Shown here: one piece after another, positions 37,333-44,746 of the stretch | Layout: each line of letters starts with the position of its first letter | Position numbering within the stretch: the stretch's first letter is position 1 | DNA from: a virus | Virus record (IMG/VR): IMGVR_UViG_3300037424_001778 | Span: 1-45,585 of that record | Direction: 5' to 3' (one strand) | Length of the DNA stretch: 45,585 nt | Notes under the pieces: model-generated | What the model was told of the DNA's origin: nothing | Databases searched by the model: none | Seen by the model: the letters and a program-made list of their open reading frames with translations, nothing else | Program-made: the position numbers and the translations under genes

Positions 37333-37773
37333 ATGGCTACTGACCCCCTAGATATTATCCAGGCTCTACAAGCGATTGAGTCCAGACTGGATTCTCGCTT
37401 CGACAAAATTGATGAAAAATTTGCACGAATAGACGAAAAATTCGACCGAGTCGAACGAAAATTCGACCAAGTCGACGTAAGGTTTGGCGAACTAGAGACC
37501 GGCCTGGCCGGGATAAAAGCCGCACAGGCGACCCAAGCCGGAATTTTGGTAGGTCAGGCAGCATCTCTCGTACAGCACATGCACCGTACAGAGCTTCTAG
37601 AGGGAGCCCTGGCTGAAGTAGACGACCGAATAACACCATTGCAGAAGAAAGTCCAGGTGGCGGCTATCTCTGTTCGAGTTGCCGCTGGATTTGCCGCTGT
37701 AGGCAGTATGTTGATGGCTGGGCCCAAAGCGCTGGATTACCTCAAGGTGCTGTTAACTATCGTGGGATTGTAA
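37333..37773 (+). CDS. Coiled-coil protein with C-terminal TM (XhlA/holin-associated type)
   Basis: Heptads FDKIDEK/FARIDEK/FDRVERK; ATG 7 nt after TAATCT. Confidence 0.65.
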   Translation: MATDPLDIIQALQAIESRLDSRFDKIDEKFARIDEKFDRVERKFDQVDVRFGELETGLAGIKAAQATQAGILVGQAASLVQHMHRTELLEGALAEVDDRITPLQKKVQVAAISVRVAAGFAAVGSMLMAGPKALDYLKVLLTIVGL

Positions 37774-37775
37774 TT

Positions 37776-38018
37776 ATGGACCTTAGCGATGGCGGACTCA
37801 CCTCGAGAAAACTCCATTTGACATGGCTCACCATGGCCCTGGCCACTGTTGGCTACGGTGTCACAGGTATTTGGCCCACACTCGTTCCGGTGTATCCCGA
37901 ATACGTCACCGCGCTCCTAGCGGCTACGGCAGTCTACGCAGGCGGGAATATTATGGCCAAGAAGATCCTCAAGGACTCTTCACCGCCCTCCGACGAGCCG
38001 CCTCCCCCATCAGAGTGA
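37776..38018 (+). CDS. Two-TM holin-like protein
   Basis: LTSRKLHL, two hydrophobic helices, charged tail. Confidence 0.6.
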   Translation: MDLSDGGLTSRKLHLTWLTMALATVGYGVTGIWPTLVPVYPEYVTALLAATAVYAGGNIMAKKILKDSSPPSDEPPPPSE

Positions 38019-38210
38019 CCAAACGCCGAGCATGCTCGGGCCTAATCCTACGCCCGTATAGAGCTTATCGGCTGCTGTCGCCAAGAACTGCTCTATGTGG
38101 GCGATATGCGCCGGAGAAGCCTTGCTTCCAATAGCATATCCGTAATCGGCCGCTACGTCCAGCGCTTCTTCAATCAGCTCGGCCAAAAATGCCTGGTGGT
38201 TGGCGTCCAT
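38010..38210 (-). CDS. Hypothetical protein
   Basis: AAGGA RBS; TAATG coupling. Confidence 0.6.
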   Translation of the reverse strand: MDANHQAFLAELIEEALDVAADYGYAIGSKASPAHIAHIEQFLATAADKLYTGVGLGPSMLGVWSL

Positions 38211-38383
38211 TAGTTCATCCTTGTCAATTTAAAAGCTCGGAGTGTGGCTTCGGTGGTCAGCTTGGGGGCCGTAACGTCTTGGCCGGCCAGCATCGGAGGG
38301 TATGGGAGCCTGTGGTGGGGGTGGAGTCCGAGGGAATCCAGCTTCTGGACCAGGGCTAGGCGCAGCTCTTCCTCGTCAATCAT
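38210..38383 (-). CDS. 57-aa hypothetical protein MIDEEELRL... (absent from ORF track)
   Basis: Translationally coupled at both ends. Confidence 0.55.
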   Translation of the reverse strand: MIDEEELRLALVQKLDSLGLHPHHRLPYPPMLAGQDVTAPKLTTEATLRAFKLTRMN

Positions 38384-38493
38384 GGCAGCAACCCGTACCG
38401 GTAGCCAGCGACAATCAGGGGAAGCAGAGAGCCTGTGAGGATGACAACGGCGCCGACTACGAACATCGCCTTAGCTACGATTCTTGGGTTCAT
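38380..38493 (-). CDS. 37-aa single-TM protein (absent from ORF track)
   Basis: TTGACA-N17-TATGTA-N6-ATG; MNPRIVAKAMFVVGAVVILTG. Confidence 0.55.
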   Translation of the reverse strand: MNPRIVAKAMFVVGAVVILTGSLLPLIVAGYRYGLLP

Positions 38494-38524
38494 GGCGTAT
38501 ACATACCAGGCCCTACTTGGTCTG

Positions 38525-39083
38525 TCAAGGCCTTTCTCGCCAGCTCGCCACTGGAGCGCCGTCCGGGTCGCCTTCGAGTTCTTCTCGCGTGAGAGCTGCG
38601 GCTTCTGTTCTGAACCGGTAGCCCTGGTCGGACCAGCGATTGTAGCCCAACCTCAATCGGTTCCGTTCAGGCACGATGCTGGACCATGAAGATGTGACTT
38701 CCTGGCCCTCATCAAACGGTCCTCGCCAAGTTTCGGGCACACCGTCGAACTCGTGCTGGATTTGCTGGAATAGTCGTTCGGTCATATCTATCCGTACCCA
38801 TGCATCCAGATTGCCGGGAGGAGCCAACTGGTATTTTTTTTTTGCCAGTAATCCAATGCAACAGCGGGCCCCCGGGCGACACGATTCCGTTCTGATGGAT
38901 GGCCCATATGGCTACGCTTTGGCCTCGGTAATCGTTCGTCATCCTACCCTTGATTTGCCCCCGAATCGACAACACCCATCGCCTGATGGCGGTTCGTTCA
39001 TCTAGCACTTCCAAAGAAAAGCCCGCTTCTGTAAGCTGGTCACATGCTACCGCGTCAGCGCCTGAGAAGAACGTCGGATTCAT
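38525..39083 (-). pseudogene. Gene split by an A10 tract (38834-38843)
   Basis: Removing one A joins ORFs 38712-39083 and 38525-38827 in frame. Confidence 0.6.
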
Positions 39084-39141
39084 AAGTGCATTGTAGCAGC
39101 CAGCCCTTGACTCCACAAGAGTGCGAGGGTATAACTAATTC

Positions 39142-39501
39142 ATGTTCACTCCTCCATCAATCGTCAACGAAGTCGAATTCGAATTGGTTCTGGACGCTGA
39201 CCTCCCCATCATCGAGGGCGAAGCGGTCGACGACCCAGAAACCGAGCTGCTCAACAAAGAAGCGGACACTTACGAGTTCTTGACGGAGCGCCTCGACAAA
39301 GCCTTCTTCCAGGGTATGGAGCCTTGGATGCCGGCCCCAGCCGCCAATTCCCCTCGTAGCGAATCGTTCCGGGTCTGGATGGCAGAGCGCGAGGTCTTCA
39401 AGGCTCAACTCGCTCTGGAGGATGCCTTGAGGGCTCTGGCTACCGCCAGGGCTTCCTTCGCACTGGCAACCACACCCCCAGCCGTCAAACCGGTTATTTG
39501 A
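39142..39501 (+). CDS. Hypothetical early protein
   Basis: TTGACT-N17-TATAAC-N6-ATG. Confidence 0.7.
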   Translation: MFTPPSIVNEVEFELVLDADLPIIEGEAVDDPETELLNKEADTYEFLTERLDKAFFQGMEPWMPAPAANSPRSESFRVWMAEREVFKAQLALEDALRALATARASFALATTPPAVKPVI

Positions 39502-39541
39502 CACCCTTGACACTCAACCCAAACCCTGGCATATATACACC

Positions 39542-39862
39542 ATGACCAACGCACAACTCATCCAGAAGCTGATTCAAATCAACGCTTGTGACGAAGCTCT
39601 TGATTGGGTCAGAACGACCCCAGGAACTCCCGAAGAACTCTGGAATAAATGCGAAAGGCCAGTTTGGTTGGAGTTTCTTGTCCGCGAGTCCAAAGTCTCT
39701 TTCGACTGGGCCGAACACAACCGTCAGGTCGACCAGCTGTGGGCCGAGTACCACCGTCAGGTCGAGCAGTTGTGGGCCGAGTGCCACCGTCAGGGCTGCG
39801 ATATCATCCGTTCGTTGGTTTTGTGGGCTGACATCGAAGGGGCTCTTGGAACCGCACCATGA
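39542..39862 (+). CDS. Hypothetical protein, paralog of 43078-43371, with 11-aa repeat
   Basis: AC..A..WVR.TPGTP.EL..KC....WLEF. Confidence 0.8.
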   Translation: MTNAQLIQKLIQINACDEALDWVRTTPGTPEELWNKCERPVWLEFLVRESKVSFDWAEHNRQVDQLWAEYHRQVEQLWAECHRQGCDIIRSLVLWADIEGALGTAP

Positions 39863-40065
39863 AGACCTACGTAGTCCGCCTAGAGTCCCACCTATCCGGT
39901 CAACGCTGTGACCCCAGCGTCTCAGCCCTGTACGTAGGCCCCATCTACGTTTGGGTCCGAGCGGACACGGCAGACTACGCCGTCCTCAAGGCTCAGGCGA
40001 TGGTGCCGTGGCGGCTCGTAAGCACATTCAGCGCTACCGAGATGTTGCCGGGTGACATAATCTGA
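39859..40065 (+). CDS. Hypothetical protein
   Basis: ATGA-coupled. Confidence 0.55.
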   Translation: MKTYVVRLESHLSGQRCDPSVSALYVGPIYVWVRADTADYAVLKAQAMVPWRLVSTFSATEMLPGDII

Positions 40066-40111
40066 GAAATCGGAGCCAAAACCATATAGGTTACCGCGCT
40101 CCGAGGAGTGC

Positions 40112-40789
40112 ATGATGCGTAGATTTCTCCTGGTACTGATGGTAGTTGCTAGTTCGTGCGCCTACATTCGCACCGAAGCGCAACGAGAAATCACTTCGGC
40201 CGTCCGTCTAGAAATCACACATAGGCTGGCCCTGGGCCCGGACAGCGTCACCCAAGAAGGAAGCTGTAGCGGCGTGGCGATTTCCCACGACCTCATCCTG
40301 ACTGCCGGTCACTGCGGCGTGGCCCACGTTCCCCCAGACTTGGCGGGGTCGGGGGGCACGGCTTCTATCGGCTCCATCACGATTTTTGACTACGCGAGCC
40401 GGGAGTTATGCTTGGCCGAAGTGGTTGCGGTCGACGAAGACAAGGACCTAGCTCTTTTTCGGTCAAAGTGCTGGCTTCCTGACCACTCCGACATCGGGCT
40501 CTTCTCACCGCCAGCGGGCGCGAAGGTCACCAATGTAGCTTACCCTCTCGGGATAGAGTTTCCTATCATGACGGACGGCTATCTGACGGTCACGATTCAT
40601 GGTGGACGTCTAGACGGCTTGGTAATCGGAAGCTTCCCTGTACTTCCAGGCGGCTCTGGCAGCCCTGTCTTCTATCGAGGCGCCGTCGTGGGGATAGTCA
40701 GTCGTGGTACCCCGAGGTCGAACCATCACGTAGCGATGAATGCTTCGTGGACTTCGATTCGGGACTTCTTGGCTGGCATCAAGAAGTAA
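40112..40789 (+). CDS. Trypsin-like (S1) serine protease, probable lipoprotein
   Basis: LTAGHC, DLALF, PGGSGSP; signal ending VASSC. Confidence 0.85.
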   Translation: MMRRFLLVLMVVASSCAYIRTEAQREITSAVRLEITHRLALGPDSVTQEGSCSGVAISHDLILTAGHCGVAHVPPDLAGSGGTASIGSITIFDYASRELCLAEVVAVDEDKDLALFRSKCWLPDHSDIGLFSPPAGAKVTNVAYPLGIEFPIMTDGYLTVTIHGGRLDGLVIGSFPVLPGGSGSPVFYRGAVVGIVSRGTPRSNHHVAMNASWTSIRDFLAGIKK

Positions 40790-41198
40790 GCAACCCATAG
40801 AAGCGGCCAACAGGCGAAACCCACCGCGACATGAACTCGGCTCGACCGTAGACGCACAGCCCCACCAGTGGGTCCCAGACCAGGATTCTGCGGCCCACCC
40901 CAGACATCAACAGCACCCAATGCTCGTCTTTGTCGACGGACAGCAGCCCAGGGCGACTCGAGCGGGTCAAACGGCCCCAGCTACGTCTCAGCCCGGGCGA
41001 CGAGTACTCCACGCACGGCACCTTGAGCCAGTCCAACGCACGCTTGAGCGCTGCTGCTGGAGTGCCCTTTTCTGGCGTGGCCCCGGTCCAACGAATGGAG
41101 GCCTCTAGGCCAATCGCACGACCACGAAGGGCCATGAGATTGACCAAGGAGGTGGGCCCACAAACCCACCCATTCGGCTGTAGAATTAGCGGACCCAA
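40779..41198 (-). CDS. C39-like cysteine peptidase
   Basis: LQPNGWVCGPTSL..HWVLL..VWDP. Confidence 0.8.
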   Translation of the reverse strand: MGPLILQPNGWVCGPTSLVNLMALRGRAIGLEASIRWTGATPEKGTPAAALKRALDWLKVPCVEYSSPGLRRSWGRLTRSSRPGLLSVDKDEHWVLLMSGVGRRILVWDPLVGLCVYGRAEFMSRWVSPVGRFYGLLTS

Positions 41199-41416
41199 AG
41201 GAAGATAGCCCGGCTCAGGGCTTCCTTGGCGTCTGAACCAAAGGCCAATTGCTTACCTCGACGAACTACATAGATTAGCCCAGGCTCGTCTTCGTAACAC
41301 CAAAAGATGGCGCCTGGCAATACGTACTTCAACTCACGTACCAACTCTTGTGGGACCCACTCGCTTGGCAGGCCTACGTGTCGCATCTCTTCTAACCGCT
41401 CTTGCACGGTTGCCAT
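41186..41416 (-). CDS. Hypothetical protein
   Basis: Operon packing. Confidence 0.6.
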   Translation of the reverse strand: MATVQERLEEMRHVGLPSEWVPQELVRELKYVLPGAIFWCYEDEPGLIYVVRRGKQLAFGSDAKEALSRAIFLWVR

Positions 41417-41654
41417 TATGCACCGAATCCCATCTTACGCTCGCTGCCATTTTGTGCAGTCCACTCGGAGTCAAAAGCCTTTTGGTAGATTTCAGCCAAG
41501 GTCGCCCCACGCGGGAACAGGAGTGTGCCGTCAAGGTTATTCTCAACTGGACTGATGGTGGTGCATTGGCAGTAAAGACTGCCGTCCTTCTGGTTGGTCG
41601 CAATTCTGACGGCCCCAGCCTTCGAAACTCGCCACGACCCGACCTCCTGACCTT

Positions 41655-41960
41655 TCAGAAGATTCCGAATGCGATGGCCTGGTAGATACGGACGGCCTGT
41701 GCCTGATTCTCCAGAGCCTGGCGACCGAGGAAGTCGGTCCCGACCTTGGTGGGGGCGAAGTTGACCCCTACCTTCTGGACGTACCCGAGCATCAAGAGAC
41801 GGTCCAGTAGGGCGAGCCACATCGTCTTGTCGTAGACGAAGGACCCACACGGACGCCCAGCAAGCTCATGGGCGATTTGGGCCAGTTCGATGCGTTCCGC
41901 ATTGGGGTGAGTCTTGATGGCTGCAAACATCACGAGGTCGTTGCTGATAATGTGGCTCAC
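41655..41960 (-). CDS. Winged-helix-like protein
   Basis: LLDRLLMLGYVQK..FAPTKVG; AAGGA RBS. Confidence 0.6.
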   Translation of the reverse strand: MSHIISNDLVMFAAIKTHPNAERIELAQIAHELAGRPCGSFVYDKTMWLALLDRLLMLGYVQKVGVNFAPTKVGTDFLGRQALENQAQAVRIYQAIAFGIF

Positions 41961-42175
41961 GGTAGTTCCTTAAGTTGTTCGTCGGTTACGATGTATACAG
42001 CTTTTGCTGGGCCCATTGGGGGGCCGATAAAGTATTGCCAGTCACTTCCGGAGGCTACGGCAAGGGCGCTGCCCTCTTCCCCGGTCAGTCGGGCAAGCGC
42101 AGCTTCTAGCGCTCGCCGGTCGTCGGCTTCCACGATGATATCGATTGTGCGTTCCATCTGTACGTGGTACTTCAA
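41957..42175 (-). CDS. Hypothetical protein (TTG start)
   Basis: AAGGAG-N6-TTG; TTGACA-N17-TACCTT promoter upstream. Confidence 0.6.
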   Translation of the reverse strand: MKYHVQMERTIDIIVEADDRRALEAALARLTGEEGSALAVASGSDWQYFIGPPMGPAKAVYIVTDEQLKELP

Positions 42176-42209
42176 GGTTTTCTCCTTTGATAAGCGGAAG
42201 GTACCACCC

Positions 42210-42335
42210 CTAGTCGGGGCTGTCAATCCACAAAAGCACCCTTCGCACGGTTTCTTCGGGGGGCTTAATGTATTCTCGGTCGGTGACTCGAAGTAATTGT
42301 ATTCCCGCACCTTGACATTCGTCATTCTTCTTTGA
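42210..42335 (-). pseudogene. Relic C-terminus of a Vsr/DUF559-like endonuclease
   Basis: KNDECQGAGIQLLRVTDREY..VRRVLLWI resembles KNQQCLDAGIKLLRVKDSEY..IKRVLDWL at 26064. Confidence 0.7.
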
Positions 42336-42345
42336 TAGAGAGAAC

Positions 42346-42636
42346 CTACCCGATAAAGTCGGCGATGTCAAGCTCCAGCTTGTACTTTGAATTGGAAGTC
42401 GAAAAGACAATCTCCATCAAGCATTTTGCTGGCCAGGAGGTCGAGCGCTCCTTTACGTGGGACGTCGCGCATACCCGTCCATCCAGAACAAACTCCCACC
42501 GTTCCCCAACCTTGGGCATCGAATCGAATAGCACCTCCTGCGGACCTCTAGAATCGCAAGGGTGTGGGTGTCCAGCCCGCGCATGGGCATCGGATACGTC
42601 ACCAAGCTTCGTCAGAAAACCAATGTCGTTGAACAT
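42346..42636 (-). CDS. Hypothetical protein
   Basis: AAGGAG RBS; contains FSTSNSKYKLE. Confidence 0.65.
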   Translation of the reverse strand: MFNDIGFLTKLGDVSDAHARAGHPHPCDSRGPQEVLFDSMPKVGERWEFVLDGRVCATSHVKERSTSWPAKCLMEIVFSTSNSKYKLELDIADFIG

Positions 42637-42637
42637 T

Positions 42638-43081
42638 TCAATCTCCTTTTGGGGGGCTATACCGCTCTTTTCCTGCTTTGGCAAGTGCGTCTACCTTCGA
42701 GTTGAAGGGGTCGCCCGAGTGGCCCTTGACCCAGTGGGTCTTGGCCCCTGTTATCGCCACCAGCGCCTGCAAAGATTTGACCAGCTCTTGATGCTTGTGA
42801 GCCTTGAAGGAACCGTTGGCTAGATTGAGGGCGTATTGGCTGTCGGATATCAGCGTCACGTCGTTTCCTACATGCACGTTCCGGTCCATAACAGCCCTGA
42901 GTCCGCATATGGCTGCTTGCAGTTCTGCGGTCGAATTAGAACCATTGGGTGAGCCTTCGGACCCAGCACAAACGATTTTGTCGTCGGTCCAATCGATGAC
43001 AAGCCACCCCCATCCAGTGGCACCTTCAAGGCGCCCCGTGCTGGACCCGTCCGCATAGACGGAGATTTTGTGTCTAGTCAC
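42638..43081 (-). CDS. rnhA: Ribonuclease HI
   Basis: VYADGS, NSTAELQA, ISDSQY, WVKGHSG..NSKVDALA. Confidence 0.92.
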   Translation of the reverse strand: MTRHKISVYADGSSTGRLEGATGWGWLVIDWTDDKIVCAGSEGSPNGSNSTAELQAAICGLRAVMDRNVHVGNDVTLISDSQYALNLANGSFKAHKHQELVKSLQALVAITGAKTHWVKGHSGDPFNSKVDALAKAGKERYSPPKGD

Positions 43082-43371
43082 TTCTCCAGCGCCTTCTTGA
43101 GCTTTGCCCACGGCACCATTTTGCGGATAATATTGCAGGCCTTGAGGTTGAATCTGCAGTAGTACTCTTTCCAGTCCTCGCCGGATGCCTTGCGGTATTC
43201 GTACCAATCGAAGCTGGAATATAAGCGTTCGACGACAAACTCTAGCCAGATACGGTTGCGGCATTTTTGGTACAATTCTTTGGGGGTTCCCGGAGTGTCT
43301 CGCACCCACTTCATGGCTGCGGGACAGGCACCAATATCAGACAAAATCTGCAAAAGTTGGGTCTTAGTCAT
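43078..43371 (-). CDS. Hypothetical protein, paralog of 39542-39862
   Basis: TTGACG-N17-TACAAC-N6-ATG; shared motifs. Confidence 0.8.
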   Translation of the reverse strand: MTKTQLLQILSDIGACPAAMKWVRDTPGTPKELYQKCRNRIWLEFVVERLYSSFDWYEYRKASGEDWKEYYCRFNLKACNIIRKMVPWAKLKKALEK

Positions 43372-43395
43372 GGCGTAGTTGTACCTTGTTGCTAG

Positions 43396-43440
43396 AAAAA
43401 CGTCAAGGCCCCGAGACACTCTTTTCGCGGGGCCTTGACG
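43396..43440 (-). terminator. Intrinsic terminator after wHTH gene
   Basis: 13-bp perfect stem cgtcaaggccccg/cggggccttgacg followed by T5 on the minus strand. Confidence 0.7.
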
Positions 43441-43456
43441 GAGATTCACCCGGATT

Positions 43457-43813
43457 TTACGGCCGGTCGGTATCGTCGAAAGAGAATGTCTTGGTCTCTT
43501 CGAGCGGGGAGGGTGCAACCTCTACCGGAACGACCGGAACCTCTACAACCCCCACTGGAGCTGCGGGAGTCTCTACGACCTCGCCTGCAGCCAGGACGCC
43601 ATACAGGAACTCCGGACGGCCACGAACGGCACCGCCCTGGGGGTTCACCTTGTTGCGGCTCGACACCACCGCTACCGTGCCGACCTTGCGAAGATTGGCC
43701 AGCACCCGGTTGGCGGTCTGCTTGGTAGCGGCGAACTTGGCCGCAACCTCGTTGACCGTTGCGGGGGCTGACTTCAGGAAGGAAACGACGTCATCGGTAT
43801 TTAGCTTTTGCAT
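43457..43813 (-). CDS. Winged-helix transcription regulator
   Basis: TVNEVAAKFAATKQTANRVLANL..RGRPEFLY; TGgTATAAT promoter; AAGGAG RBS. Confidence 0.8.
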   Translation of the reverse strand: MQKLNTDDVVSFLKSAPATVNEVAAKFAATKQTANRVLANLRKVGTVAVVSSRNKVNPQGGAVRGRPEFLYGVLAAGEVVETPAAPVGVVEVPVVPVEVAPSPLEETKTFSFDDTDRP

Positions 43814-43875
43814 TTTGTTACTCCTTGCACTGCGTTATTTAGACTGCGGTGATTATACCATATTCGTTGCGCGCT

Positions 43876-44085
43876 CTACTCCTCCTCGGGGGAGATGACG
43901 TCGCCGTCCGCCACACTACAACACCCACCATTGAACCAGCGAACCATTGGCCCTTCGTCGATGTCGTAGTATCCCGCTTCCTCGAACACAACCCCCAGAG
44001 TGCCCTGAGGCACACAAGCTCCGGTGGGGTCAAGGTCACGTGCTGCTTTTACTGGGTCGCCGCGCTGCAACTTGGAAGTATTCAT
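43876..44085 (-). CDS. Small SH3-like hypothetical protein
   Basis: LQRGDPVKA..GTLGVV..MVRWFNG. Confidence 0.6.
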   Translation of the reverse strand: MNTSKLQRGDPVKAARDLDPTGACVPQGTLGVVFEEAGYYDIDEGPMVRWFNGGCCSVADGDVISPEEE

Positions 44086-44096
44086 TTTCTTTTTTG

Positions 44097-44231
44097 CTAC
44101 TTGTTGGGGGTGGTGAATCGGGTGAGTTCCGCTTGGAGCTTGTCGATAGTATCACACGCTACTTCGTGCTTGGTGACCAACTCGTTGTACTTCAGGAGCA
44201 GCTCGGCGTACTTTTCTTTGGGGGTTGCCAT
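44097..44231 (-). CDS. 44-aa coiled-coil protein
   Basis: TTGACA-N17-TACTAT-N6-ATG. Confidence 0.6.
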   Translation of the reverse strand: MATPKEKYAELLLKYNELVTKHEVACDTIDKLQAELTRFTTPNK

Positions 44232-44355
44232 ATATGAATAGTATACCCCACAAACCCCAGTGTCAAGCGCTTTGGGGAGATAATCTGCAGTCCGAGGGTC
44301 GAAGTGCTCGTGTGGTATACTGAGTGCCGACTCCAACCCCCAACAGAGGTTACAT

Positions 44356-44742
44356 ATGGCCCGTAAGACCGCAGAATTCGTAGTGTCTATCCCCGTCGAA
44401 GGTGAAGAAAACCTGCGCGGGAAGTTCAAGGTGAACGTCAAGTTGTCGCTGCGTGAAATCCTCGAGATGGATGCCCTAAAGCGCAGCCTTCTGGGCCCCC
44501 AAGGAGGAGAGGTCGGAGGAATGGCCCAGCTTGTCGCGGGCACTATCGCCCGCATTCAGACCCATGCTGTTGAGACGCCTTCGTGGTTCAAGGACGCAAA
44601 CTGCGGACTTGATTTTGATGACGTCAACGTCGTTCTTGCCATTGGTGCCGAACTGAATAAGGTGGAGAAGTCCCACCTAGAAGATATTCAGAAGGCGGCA
44701 TCAAAGGCAGCCGAGGCGCTAATCAAGACGACAAAGGAGTAA
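44356..44742 (+). CDS. Probable tail assembly chaperone
   Basis: Late promoter; downstream of tube in late series; ETPSWFKD..DVNVV. Confidence 0.65.
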   Translation: MARKTAEFVVSIPVEGEENLRGKFKVNVKLSLREILEMDALKRSLLGPQGGEVGGMAQLVAGTIARIQTHAVETPSWFKDANCGLDFDDVNVVLAIGAELNKVEKSHLEDIQKAASKAAEALIKTTKE

Positions 44743-44746
44743 GAGC

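Noticed and set aside
41416-41850. 144-aa minus-strand ORF
   Set aside because: 5' half overlaps 41655-41960 and I could not find a credible start for the 3' half, which may still be coding
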